Numbered from the stretch's first letter, positions 23,201-35,750 are shown. The stretch is DNA of 64,000 nucleotides from Leptogorgia sarmentosa (GCA_964658305.1 OZ210885.1:1364001-1428000); one strand, 5' to 3'. The notes: generated from the letters alone by a model not told the origin. Numbers and translations are program-made.

Positions 23201-26200
23201 AGTCGTGATGCCAGTGTCCTTCATATAACAGTCAGTGCATATCCTCTCGACATTTATCTGTTACTTTATCTTTTTGATACAATTATTCTAGTTTCACAAA
23301 GGTCAGTTTAAAAAATGCTTTGTGCAAATATTGACTTGTGAATTATCTGGAAGAATAATCATAAGCGTACGGGCTACATGTTTTCAGGGGGGCAGAAAGA
23401 TCTTTGCCCGAATTTGAGGGTGGGGAATGTCACGAGGCGCCACCATGGTTGGCGCCGAGCGAAAATTTTTTGAACTTTTACAACCTCTGGATTGCCGGAA
23501 ACGGCGATTTCAAAGTCCTAACCATAGGTAGCCCAACGCATGCATGACGTAACATTCCGTAGTATAATATGACAAGGTTGGCAAGTAAACAATAATATGA
23601 CTCGCTACCGCTTAAAACAAGTCGAAAAAATCAACCTCTTGCGAACAAACTTCGCTAAAAAATAGCAGCCCCTAATTCTAGGATAGTATTACTAAATATA
23701 TAGAACGTTTTTTGGCAACAAAACGTGTGAAAAAGTCGAAAAAATACGAATAGTTTCTCTTAATTTGCCGTGTCTCGATGCTGGATGCCTGTTGCCGTGC
23801 AAAAATCGCCATTTCCTCGGCCATTTCAAAAAGCGAATACGCGATTCTATTGGTTATAAATAAACCGACAAAACAGCCCACCAATAGGATCGCGTATTCA
23901 TAATTTCAAACGGTAATTTTTGCACGGCAACAGGCATCCAGCATCGAGACACGGCAAATTAAGAGAAACTTTTCGTATTTTTTCGAATTTTTCACACGTT
24001 TTGTTGGCAAAAAAAGTTGTACATATTTAGTAATATTATCCTAGAATTAGGGGCTGCTATTTTTTAGCGAAGTTTGTTCGCAAGAGGTTGATTTTTTCGA
24101 CTTGTTTTAAGCGGTAGCAAGTCATATTATTGTTTACTTGCCAACCTTGTCATATTATACTACAGAATGTTACATCATGTGTGCGTTGGGCTGCCTATGG
24201 TCCTAACTCCACTTTCTTGGTACGCTCGTTCAGGTGAACGACTGGAGGATTGTTGACATTACCTTATTCCTCAGATTTTTGCCCGAATTATGCTCAAAAT
24301 CAATGCCCGAATTTTCCAATTTGATTTTTTTTTTTTTTTTTGGGGGGGGGCAGTTCCCTCCCTTGCCCCCTCCCCTCGCCTCGTACGCCTATGAGAATAA
24401 TAAGTTGGTATGTTCAATGTTGCTTATCTAATGTTGTCAAATGGTTATATAGCAACGAAGTAAACAGACGATAAAGTTTACATATTTTTATTTATCATGC
24501 ATGCATGTAGTGCGATAACAATAGTTGTGTACGTTGAAGGCGTACAGTCTGTTGAATTAGTGTAGCTATTAGACTTATGCTGCGTTATGCAGTATACATA
24601 AAATATTCATGAACCTAAAGTAATCTACAGATGTTAAGTCGGTACAATCCATTAATTCTGGATATTACACCAACTATTTACAATTAAATATCAACAATGT
24701 CTATATCTTAAAATCGGAAACATGACCTATACCGAGAATCCAAATTGACTACGTTTTCTGACAACTTGTTTCATTTCTTTACTGTTTGAGGGAAATATGA
24801 AATATTTGTAATTGATCTTCGGCACTCTGAACTCGTGTTTCAGTATGGGGAACCAAATGTGTTTCCAAGCTAATTATATGTCCAATAAGTTGTGCGACAT
24901 TTTGTACAGACGTTTTTCTCTCAAGGGACTCATGCACGTTGGTAGAGTAATTTATTGCTTGGTGGACGAGTAAATTTGATTGTGTTTTCCCGGTGAAAAT
25001 ATTGAGTATTAATATATATTATATTTGGTTATAATTGTATATATAATAAATTATTTATTTTTACGTTAATTTTTCTAGGAAATCCCATTTACGATGATTG
25101 CGTTGCCTATCACGAAACGAGCTGTGCGTAAGTATATCCAATTTGGGGATGAAAAAGATAAAAATGTTGAAGCAGTTGATGATCAACCATGCTGTTAATA
25201 CGGGGGTTTCCCAGGGCGTAGCAAGCCCATGGGCGATTGAACCGTGGGGGCAGTGCATGGTTTAATATTGCACCCCACTAAATGTATTGAACACAAAAAT
25301 ACCATCCAGACGTTCTGACACAAAATCAATCAAAGTTACTCTCACTTACACAAACGATTTGCCAAATTACAATCACCTTGAACAAAAGCAGTTCAGACAC
25401 CGGGGGGGGGGGGGGGGATGGCGGACACACAGAAAACCTGAAATGCAGTTTAAAATTATTCTTACTTGAAGTGTTGCATATCCAAAATAGGTGGAGAGAA
25501 AGCGTCTTACACTTAGAAGTCACATGCAGGGGGTGGGGGCGGAGGGGGGCATTCATAGAATAGACCATGGTGGGTGAATGTGTCAGCACAGTTGGGTGAA
25601 GGAGACTGATCAGGGTTGGCAATTCCCCCGATGGAGGGGCTATGTTTCCCAACGAGGGGAGCTTTTAAATAAAATTGAGCCTGCACGATCAGGCCAGGCG
25701 GAACGAAAATTGAAGGGGGGATCAGTGGCATAAATGAACGCAGCAGATAGTTTAAAAGCTAGATTCGGCTTTTGTCTCTCCAACGCATTTGAATAAAAGT
25801 GAAGAGGTACGGATTCCTACCCCCGTGGCTACGCTACTCACTATTCATGGCGGGGGAGGGGGCGGGGTGCGAACGTTTGCGAGACAGGCAAACGATTTTC
25901 TTTTCCGTTGAGCTAAGCCTGAGCTGAAATTTTAGGAATTTGGAATCTCTAGATTGTCTCCGGTGTCTTTCATATACCTCTTTCAGGAGAATGAACATGG
26001 CAACAAGATTATGCTTTTCAGAATTACTTTTACTTTTTTTCTCAGTTTTTCCCGACGAACTGACTAAATTCCCTAATTCCCTGACTAAATTTTTCAGCTA
26101 TAATCCACCTGGAAAGAGTTTTCGCTGATTTTTGTTATTCCTATAGTAATTCTTCACCAATGTATTTCATCAAAGCAAGAAACGATGCTGGCTACGAGAC

Positions 26201-29200
26201 CGAGAATGACATCTGCAAAACTCTACAATCACCATGCGAGGGAGGCGGATGGACGCATTTAGGAACCATCCCATCTAGGGGGGCAAGTAGAAAATATTTG
26301 GCTAATGTTAATATACGAATAAACATAATACTAATGTTATGGAAATCAAATCAATCAATCACACTTTCCCCTTTATGCCCTCTTTAGAATGTTTTTTTTT
26401 TTAAAACCACATTTGGGGGGGGGGCAGTATGTTTTTTGAGGCGCAATGGCGTATTTTCAACTATTTGGCTCCAGCGATGCAGACAGTACAGATATAAACT
26501 TTTCATAAAACGTCTGCGTATAGACTATTTCCAATATTGTCGATGCCCGACCATGCCGCCAATTGGCAATTTTTGAAATTTTCTCGGTATGGCATGCATG
26601 TCTTTACCAACGTTTAACACCGAAGGATCAACTCCTTCAAACAATAGCGCATGCATTATTCTTTAATCTAGCAAAATTAGTACGATCTGAACTATATATA
26701 TACAGCCAATTCAATTAAGGTTGTCCTCTACAAGTCAAATGTCAAAATGAAAAATACGGGCTTCAAGCTTCATATTTCTTGTTTACTGACAACTTTCAAC
26801 CCAGAAAATCGAAAAAAGTTGGTTGATGGTTAAAACAATAAGAATATGATCAAGATTTTCAGAGGCGAAGTATATTGAGCACTGGAATAATAGATTCCAA
26901 GATTCCCAGCAAGCTATTCGACTCATGTGAATGTATTATTCTTTAAACTTGATCCAAAGAGAAGGCAGAAGTTTTAAATAATGCATGTAGTTCACAGCAT
27001 ATACTGGTCGTATTATTCCGCAACTTTAACTTTAATTTTGAAGCTCATTATTTTATTTCTGTACTTATACGTCACGATATTTCATGTGTTTAATTTCAGC
27101 TTGACTGGAATCATGACGCTAGTGATTGGACAGCAAAAGGGGAAAATCAAGAATATTTGAATTCACAATTTTGGAGTGCTAATGTCTCTGAAATTTGCTT
27201 ATTATCAGGCGCATTTAACATTAAAATCCCCGTGGCAGCTCCATCGTTCCGCAGCTTGTTTTTTCAAAAGAGAATTCTAAACATGTCCGTCTCTGATTGG
27301 ACAGACTCTCTCACACAGGCAGCGGTGAATTGGTTACCGCCAAACTTCAGTACAGAATGTTCAGAAATTGGATTTAACGTGGGGGGTGAACCACCGTTAC
27401 CAGCTACACGGCTGGGAATCGTGTCTACACATGGTCCAGGTAAGAACCAGTTCACACTACACAGCAATAAATTTGGAGCATGCAGTTCAACAGGATATGG
27501 CATTGATATGGCATGCACGTGGTTACTTGTTTGTAACTGTCCTTGCCGTAGGACATAAATACTACTTAATTCAGTTTGCTCTATGTACTTTATATTTGTT
27601 TGGGAAGGAACCTTGAATGGGCCCCCGAGTTCCGTTAGGGTCTAAATGTTTTCGTCTGTTGTCTATTTTTGTGCTTGCCTTTGTAATTTGTAATCTTACT
27701 TGTTCCTGTAAATAATTTTTGCAATATTCTACTAAAACAAGTTGGATTGCTCGCTCTCGATTTCTAGAGCGAGATGATAGTTGATTTGGGTATCGTCCTC
27801 ATCTACTATCACCTCTTATTATATAGACAAGCACTATATATGAGATATTCTGTAATCTGATTGGCTGAGCTACTCACTAGCTATTACTTCATATATAGTG
27901 AGTAGGACGAATTAATTATCTCACTCAAGTGAGCTTAAAACAAAATGGCTGAAAATGGCTGAGCGTTTCCTTCAAATGAATGATTTTAATAAATTTTATA
28001 ATGTTCGCCTTTTGTCTATATAATAAAACAATTATACCATTCGCTCTCGTCGTATATGGCTGATAGCCAACTCGGCTGCGCCTCGTCGGCTATCAGCTCA
28101 TATACGATTCGAGCTCATGGTATAATTGTTAATTAGTATACACCCAACCATCGTCTATTACAAATGCTACATGTGATAGACCACACGGTTCGCGAAAAAG
28201 CAAAGGAAATCAATATGGTTACTGCAGAAAACTCGCGTTTTGCTGGGGTTTTATCAAATTTTCTTGATATATTGAGTGTATACTAAAACAATTAGACAAC
28301 GAGGCCGAGTTGTCTATGAACGATTAGTATAAATCTTGAGGTGACTATAACATTTCCTGCAATTTGATTGGTCAAGAATTGATTTATCTCTTGTTATAGT
28401 CACCTCCTAGGAGGTGACTATCAATTTTTCATAATTAAAATTCAAAATGGCCGCTCGGTTTGCTGAAGATTCGCAGGAGGAAATTGACAAAATTAAACAA
28501 GAAAGCATCCCCAAGAAAACCAAACAAGCGACAAAATATGGCTTAAAAATCTTTCAAAGTAAAATATTTTATTTAGTGTTATTTTTATGCAACAAAACTG
28601 GCTTTTTTCACTAGCAAAGTGGTGATATGAGCGTGAATTATTTTATGTAAACAAACTATAAACAAAGTAAACAAAACTTGAATTTCTACTTAAAAGACAG
28701 ATTGAATCAAATCACTTTGACCTGGAAATTTATACTAAAACAATTCGTCGCCTCAGGCTCGGTGATTACAAGCCTATATTCACTTCGCCGCTTCGGGGCT
28801 CAGTGAATATAGACTTGTATTCACCTCGCCTTCGGCGACTAATTGTTGAATAGAAATCTCGAGCTTGTAATGTAATTAAATATTTTAAATTTTGTTTTTC
28901 TAGCTTTAGCATCAAGCATGCAACTAAACTCACTTTTATATTACCAAATTTTCTTTGACAAATTTCATGTGTCCATGTTTTAAATGTAAATTTGTCAACA
29001 AGTGTTACTTTACTTGAAAGTCGCAGAAAGTGTTATGAAACCGCCTTTGACTAATGAAATTTGACAAAGAAAACTTGCAACTTGGTCGTGTAAACAAGGT
29101 AATCTCAATACACGCGGAAAAGGACTGGGACTAGCTGCAGATAGAAATCCATTCTCCGATTGAAACAACTGAATATCTCCCATAATATACTATTTATTTC

Positions 29201-29557
29201 GATTCCATATTTTTGTCAGAGCTATATTTCTCAGAACCAAACATAGTTACAAAATTTCAACTGGTTTCATACAGAATAACGAAAGATATAATCGAGTGAA
29301 TAGAGCAAACTGGATTTCTTTTCAGACAACCCTTATCCTAATCGGACAAGAGGATTAAGTTCAGTTCTTGTTTCACTAACAATATTGTTATCTATCCTCA
29401 CTATTGACCAGGTTGCGAGTCCACTGAGGAGATGGTTCTTGGACTTGGGATACGTGTTCGAGGGAGGCCAACAGACAGCCGTCATGGCATATATAATGGA
29501 GCTGGTGGTGGGTTTAATGACCATGTTCAAGTTCATGTCCGCTCAAGATTTGTTTAA
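20223..29557 (+). CDS. Secreted USOMP5-like (uncharacterized skeletal organic matrix protein 5 family) protein with a Pro/Thr-rich stalk, copy A (282 aa)
   Basis: Exons 20223-20400 (signal peptide + PPTT repeats), 25079-25127, 26147-26282 (GC donor), 27100-27439, 29412-29557 total 849 nt in frame. Motifs IYDDCVAY..MYFIK..CEGGGWT, FWSANVSEICL, APSFRSL, CSEIGFN, TRLGIV, C...VLGLG parallel the coral USOMP5-type pattern (GGGWT, YWNTSFSKICL, CNKEGFN, ARIGI, RIGFG). Gene structure is solid; the family name is from recall. Confidence 0.8.
20736..20860. repeat. Near-perfect palindrome (mini-MITE), with a half copy at about 21010-21057
   Basis: ttttacttatccaccgtttaagctaaacgcctttgatacaac...gttgtatcaaaggcgtttagcttaaacgatggataagtaaaa. 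Confidence 0.7.
21213..21562 (-). mobile_element. Asymmetric-IR/hairpin element in reverse orientation
   Basis: Long hairpin at 21213-21358 with a GCCGAG/GGCGAG core, adjacent TTATTATACATT, CCAATCAGA near 21525, and terminal AATGTATAATAA. Confidence 0.65.
23360..24393. mobile_element. hAT-like MITE (8-bp TSD AGAATAAT) hosting a nested element
   Basis: CATAAGCGTACG..CGTACGCCTATG flanked by AGAATAAT; single-copy empty sites at about 21948 and 36645. Confidence 0.8.
23523..24199. mobile_element. Nested, almost fully palindromic hAT-like MITE (8-bp TSD GTCCTAAC)
   Basis: CATAGGTAGCCCAACGCA..TGCGTTGGGCTGCCTATG; inverted arms of about 290 bp or more; TSD at 23515-23522 and 24200-24207. Confidence 0.85.
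27816..28847 (+). mobile_element. Head-to-tail array of three different asymmetric-IR/hairpin elements (Crypton-like non-autonomous candidates)
   Basis: Units 27816-28130, 28133-28316, 28324-28847, each with a 5' IR, an ATG with a short ORF remnant, a subterminal IR followed by AACAATT, and a 3' hairpin. The ORF at 28447 reads MAARFAEDSQEEIDKIKQESIPKKTKQATKYGLKIFQ. Confidence 0.7.
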
Positions 29558-29745
29558 GAGAACCAGAAGCAACAGCAACGCCAGATACAATACAAACTAC
29601 ACCACCATAATATTAGTGCACTTAAAACGAGCATGCCCAATGTTTCGAAAAACATTTAACCTCGTAATTTATAAGCTTATTATATAATTATACCACATAC
29701 AGACGTGTATTCTACGTTTAGATTTGACTTCCAGTACCGTTCACT

Positions 29746-29798
29746 CAACCTCGTACCCTGGCTCTTACCGTAGCGGTAAGAGCTTGGGTACGAGGTTG
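29746..29798. mobile_element. 53-bp hairpin mini-element with 9-bp TSD
   Basis: CCGTTCACT|CAACCTCGTACCC..GGGTACGAGGTTG|CCGTTCACT; duplicated at about 45060-45112; related hairpin at about 2074-2117. Confidence 0.7.
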
Positions 29799-30589
29799 CC
29801 GTTCACTAACCTGTTACGCATTTGATTGGTTAATCGCAGATGGATTTATCACATCTGATTGAAGTCAAATCTGAACCTCTCTAATAATCCATTGAAGTCA
29901 ACTAATTTTCGCTTTTTTAACAACTAATTGAAGCTGCATCTTGCGCTTGATATATATATATATATATATATATTTTAAATAACTGCATGAACTGTAATTA
30001 TTTCTTATACTCCAGCACATTTTGGGACTTGATGTACACCTGCTCACGTTTCAAATAAAATATGATTAACGATAAACTCGAATGGTCAGATTTGTGAACG
30101 AAATCCCAAACATAGAAAAATAGAGAAAAATAAAAATAATATTGCCTCCGCGGGTAACGTGATGCGAGAATCACACGCTAGACAATATTAGACAATATTT
30201 TAACTGAGAAACAAAATTGGTCGAGCATAACTCAAATCCCAATCGTATCCTTACACACCCTTGAACTTGCGCCTAACCATTTCACGGTCTCTTGCTATCC
30301 CCTCCGACCCCTTATAATGTTGTGTTGCTGAGGAGGAGGCTATGAAAAATACATAACATGGAGGATAGGCAAGGGAAGATAGACATGAGTGAGTATAATT
30401 ATGCTTGATAGCATGAGTATAGGGGAGTGTAGGCAAGACGGACCAATCGGAAGCGGCTTCACTTGCCAAAAAGGTAATAGTTTAATCCATTGCTCTCCGA
30501 TATTTTCAATAAATCCCACCCGCGTCAATGACCTGTTCAAACGGTCATATGCATGGCACACAACAAACTCAACTGAAATTCACTACAAA

Positions 30590-30790
30590 TTAATCAATAA
30601 CCACAATTTTATCCGTAGATTTTGAAGAAACGCGACGTGTTTCCTGAGAATGACCACCACATTCGGCAATGTCCACTTTCATTTTCGCCTTCTTTCCTTT
30701 GCTTTCAGTACACATTTTTACATCACTCGCGCTGCCCTTGCTTATGTTCCGCTTCCTCGATACTCCTTTCTGAAAAATGATGGAAGATTT
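30590..30790 (-). pseudogene. RECQL: Orphan duplicate of the RECQL terminal exon
   Basis: Same translation as 45886-46086, with intact acceptor; the upstream RECQL intron sequence is cut at the duplication junction near 30922. Confidence 0.8.
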
Positions 30791-31079
30791 CTGGAAAAGA
30801 AATAAATTGTTATTCAAAATAATTACAATCACGAGTGCAAAATTTCAATGAGGTGATAGTTGCATCAGATGAAAAATATTCGATAAAATAATTCAAAAAT
30901 TCGAGCCAGGAGACATTATCTTTAACTATATTCTGTTTTTCCTCGTGAATTTTGGTTTAGTAGCAAATACCTTGTACCTAATTCAACTATTGGTATAAAT
31001 AAGGAAAGGCAGAAAAAAAAGTACAGCAATCGACAGAAATTGTTGCTGAAATTGTTTAATGATATGATTTATTTTTTAG

Positions 31080-31585
31080 CCCTGGAATCACGTCAAGTGA
31101 CAAGATGGGATGTCCATAAACTGACCAGGAGTGCCTACGACCTTGGTGTCAGGTATATTGGCGGGTGTTGCGGGTTTAAGGCTTACCACATACGAGCCAT
31201 TTCTGAGGAGGTGAATATAATAGTCTATAAACATTCTTTACTTTTTGATTGAATCGTATAATTCTCGAGTACACTTGACATTACCAAAAAATATCTAGGA
31301 AATATCCTACCAACAGCAAGGCATTGCCACCTCACTGTGTGTTAAAATCCATCATTTTGAATTGGTTGGCGAAACATGGTCCTCCAGGGCCTCCTGGTGA
31401 CACGGATACTTGTTTCTGCTCAGCACAGTTGTTGAATATGCCCAACTTTTTCTTCCATTTATTTCTTCTTTAAGTTTAATTAAGAATTTTTATAATTAGC
31501 TTGAGAAAGAACGTGGTCAAAAAGCCGAAAGCAGTCAGAAACACACTCCATCCACTGGAAAATATTCTTTTATATACACAGGAAT
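31080..31585 (+). pseudogene. BHMT: Orphan duplicate of BHMT exons 7 and 8 (31080-31210, 31500-31585)
   Basis: Near-identical to 17009-17139 and 17429-17514 (one F>S change). Exons 1-6 lie outside the duplicated unit, and exon 9 is removed by a deletion at about 33244 (equivalent to about 19163-19847 in copy A). Confidence 0.85.
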
Positions 31586-32388
31586 GTAAGTTGAACTTTA
31601 GTAATACTGTTTTTATACTAAGGCTAGCATAGTCAGGCACAATCAGGAAAGTCTTTTGCATTTTACACTGTTGTTTTTCATCATGACCTTATTGACGTAA
31701 ACATGAACTTCGCAAGCAACAAAGTTTAATTGTAAAATTTAAACATGTAACGGGTGAAAAACTTTGCTTTAAAATTGAGGTCCTTTTAATATTCTTTGTC
31801 TTTGATTGTCCTTTGTTTCATGCTATCACACCCATGTAAATTTTCTTTATCTTCATTCATGATAGCTATTAATTTCGGTAGGCCGCCATTCTCAAAAAAA
31901 TGATATAGTTCCTGCGCAATTAAATGTGAGATTAATTTGTACTTAATGATGTTGTAAGTGAGAGTTAAAGCCCGAGTACCGAGGGCTGTATCTGGCTAAC
32001 AGCCGAGGTTCTTATTATATAATTGACAAGGTTTTCTCAAGAAAAAAGTTTGAAATACGCTTTGCACATATGAGAGTATGTGTTTGATTTTCTTGTCTTT
32101 TTATGATTGAACAAGACGCCGGATCGAGCGTTCACACTGGCCGCGCTGAGCCAATGTCAATCACACATGTGTGTGCATGTGTGTGCATGACTGGGATGTT
32201 GAGCCCACGATGGCTCAATGGAATGTCACATTTGCGACTAGCAAAACAAAAAAAACCCGAAAACGCAGGCAAGGGCATTTTAAGACACTGGCCGCGGCCG
32301 CAGCCAGTGTAATTAGGTGTCTCCTTATAAATTCACGGGCTTTATCCAGATGAAGCCCGTGAATTTATAAACAAGTATTAATGCTATA

Positions 32389-32974
32389 CAGGGTGTCTCA
32401 AAAAAAAGGTAATCCAACTTTGGCATGCCATTGTGCGTTAATTACTGGGTGTACGAACGTGATTTTTGCATGGTCATAAAGATCAAGGTCTTAGCAGTTG
32501 AATGACATATTTCTTGTACAATATGGGAGAAAATCAGGCAAATGCGAGCGTGTTGAAAAATCTCGGTGAAAAACGCATTCTTTCACCTCTGAGAATTGCA
32601 GCTAAACTTATTCAAAATTAACTCCCTCTGGGACTCGAAGATGACGACCTTCCCTTCAACAATCGACCTGATTATGCATAAGTATTAATAATCCTGATAA
32701 AATCTTTGTTACCATGACACATTCGTGATGAATTGCATTTTTCTTTTGTTATGCACTGCTTTAATTAGGCACAGAGGTGAAAGAATGCGTTTCTTACCGA
32801 GATTTTTCAACACGCTCGCATTTGCCTGATTTTCTTCCATATCGTACAAGAAATATGTCATTCAACTGCTAAGACCTTGATCTTTATGACCATGCAAAAA
32901 TCACGTTCGTACACCCAGTAATTAACGCACAATGGCATGCCAAAGTTCGATTACCTTTTTTTTAAGACACCCTG
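32389..32974. mobile_element. Duplicate of the Tc1/mariner-type MITE at 18308-18893
   Basis: Same TIRs, TA TSD and flanks. Confidence 0.85.
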
Positions 32975-34354
32975 TATATAGGTCTATGAATAGGTCAAAG
33001 AAAACAGCGTCCATCATATAATAAGGAGATTTAATTACCTGGGACATTCATACCTCGACCACTCGTTACACTCTTCGGTGTAATCATATGTAGTAAATCA
33101 TATAATATAAAAGTATTACTCCATTGAAATTGGTTCGTTTCAATGCAGTTAATCCCAAATCACAGTGCAATTTTCTGTAAGCTATTTTGAGGTTATTGAA
33201 ATTCAACTCACTCGTACATGTTATATCCAAATTGCACTGGAAACTGTACGTCGGTACCGACGTTGTCAATTGAGCACAGAGGTGCTTTGTGGGAGACGTT
33301 GCCTCGGGAATGGGGTTTTCTTTGAGCTAACACTGCGTGATATTGAAATTGTGTCACGAATTAAAAAATTGTTTCGTCGGAACGGATTTTATGTAGGAAG
33401 GCTTTGTTGCCACATACGCAACATCTCTTGTCTTGTCGTATTCGGGCGTTTGTTCATACCCATATATGAAATGATTTATACACTCCTTTTCTCAACTAGG
33501 CAGTGGCGAAAACTTCGATGGGGCCTGGGGGACGTATAGTGTTTATCTAGTTGCCTGGAAAATGATGGCTCCTAACATAGACGCCAAGGGCGAAGTTTAT
33601 TTATATGCATGTATAAACCAGATTGTTCTGGATGACAGTATGGCTTTTACCGATGCTTAAGTCTTTAGAACAATGTGGAGCAGCATGTCATTAGTGCCAT
33701 TTCAACAGCTCTTTCAGAACTGATAACAACCACTGTCTTTTGTGACTGAAACAATGCTACATTAGTTGAAATAAACTAGCTTAATTGTGTCGAGCAATGT
33801 GTGGAGTCATGAATAATCTTCTTTAAAACTGCGTGCGGTGGAGAGAACACTGAAACCCAAATGGCCTTTCCTGTAAAATTCTAAAAATGATACACATGCA
33901 GTTTACACCAAAGACAATGAGGTGAATGTCATAAGACATTTTCTCACTGCACAAATTGGTTATAACTGCAGTGCACACTAAAATTAGGCCTGTCAGGGCG
34001 TATGTACCTTTCTGCCAAGGCACATGGGCCATGATAATAATTATGCATTTGAGTAAAAATTAAGAAAAACATTCTGTGCCAGACCCTAAAAGTAATACTA
34101 ATCCCAACAATACAATACTTAATGTAGCCGTGATGTGACCGGTTATTCTGAAGTTATACCGGCCCAAACAAAGGAGTTTAAACAGGCCAACAGACAAGTA
34201 ATAAACCTATTCACAAGCAAGGTTCGAGGTGACCACGAAGCTATTCGGCAGTTAAGGTCTGAAACAATCGAGTCAGAGAAACAGTTGCACCGCAAAGATG
34301 AAATTTCAATTTTATATTTTACTATAACAGTGAAATAATTAATGGTGAAATAAT

Positions 34355-34520
34355 AACTCAAGCCATCGTGCCTGTTCAAAAGTACTCAAGCCGTTGTGCT
34401 TGCGAAGTTTAAACTCAAGCCTTCGTGCTTGTATTTAATAGACTCAAGCTTTCGTGCTTGTTTAGATTAATAGACACAAACATCGTGTTTGCTTAAAAGT
34501 ACTCAAGCCGCTGTGCTCAA
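34355..34520. repeat. Short degenerate minisatellite (unit about 29 bp)
   Basis: About six recurrences of ACTCAAGC..CGTGCTTG-like units. Confidence 0.65.
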
Positions 34521-35750
34521 TGGCGCAGCGAAGCCATTCTGATAGGGGGGGGGGGGGGGTGTAAAGCAAAATATTCTACCGATCTAAATAGGTTTGGGCA
34601 CGACAGGGCCGGATTATTTGGTGGGGAGGGCGAGTCTCACGAGACGCCACCATGGTTGGCGTCGAGCGATAAAATTTTGTGAATTTAGAGCCTCTAGATC
34701 GCCGGAAACGGCCATTTCAGAGTATTAACCAAAGTAGAGTCTAGAGGTCTTAGATGTTGTACAACCACAGCTTGCGAACTAATCGCACACGGACATAGAC
34801 AACAGACATATACTTTTACATATTTTACTTTTCTGCTCTCTCTGTGATTTAATGACATAAATTGAAAATTTACCGACCGCTTTGGCTTCAAAATCGACTG
34901 CAATTCATTTACCGACCATTTTCAAAAAATTTGGGGGGGGTGTCACCCCCCCCCCCCCCCACTCGCTACGCCCCTGGTTGTGCTTACGATCTTCAAACAA
35001 TCAAATCCATCTTGTCATTGTGCAGGTATTTATACAAATCAACCAAGCAAATGTGAAAAAAACGAAAATAATTTCGTCAAGGTCCCTACCGTCCGAACAG
35101 AACGAGTCTGGTAGATCGCCAATAGGTTACTAAGGCAACCAGAACGGTAAGTATTGGTCAAAAACGTCCATGAGTATGCGGTGAAATTGGCGATTTACAA
35201 TTGGTGAAAATTGGCGAAATTACCCATATATGAAATGATTTATACACTGACTACACTCCTTTTCTCGACTAGGCAGTGGCGGAAATTTCGATGGGGGTGG
35301 GGGACGTATAGTGTTTATCTAGTTGCCTGGAAAATGATGGCTCCTAACATAGACGCCAAGGGCGAAGTTTATTTATATGCATGTATAGACCAGATTGTTC
35401 TGGATGACAGTATGACTATGGCTTTTACCGATGCTTAAGTCTTTAGAACAATGTGGAGCAGCATGTCATTAGTGCCATTTCAACAGCTCTTTCAGAACTG
35501 ATAATTCGCTGATCATGAACTGATAACAATCGGACCTATCAGACCTTCGGAACTGATAACAACCACTGTCTTTTGTGACTGAAACATGCTACATTAGTTG
35601 AAATAAAAATAAACTTCATTGTGTCGAGCAATGTGTGGAGTCATGAATAATCTTCTTTAAAACTGCGTGCGGTGGAGAGAATGCCAACCATTCAAGTTAG
35701 CTACAGTCGACGTCCGCTGAAGTGTTTGTTTCAGTGAAGCATCCGCCGCA

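Larger units (their letters stand above)
16852..30921 (+). repeat. Tandem segmental duplication, copy A
   Basis: Sequence from 16852 recurs from 30922, and sequence ending at 30921 recurs ending at 46217. Identical ORFs appear twice in the ORF track (e.g. 16969/31040, 27157/41522, 30590/45886). Confidence 0.93.

Noticed and set aside
29385..29687. 100-aa ORF MLSILTIDQ.. (also 44699-45001)
   Set aside because: Wrong frame; the phase-compatible exon 29412-29557 reads GCESTEEMVLGLGI.. in another frame.
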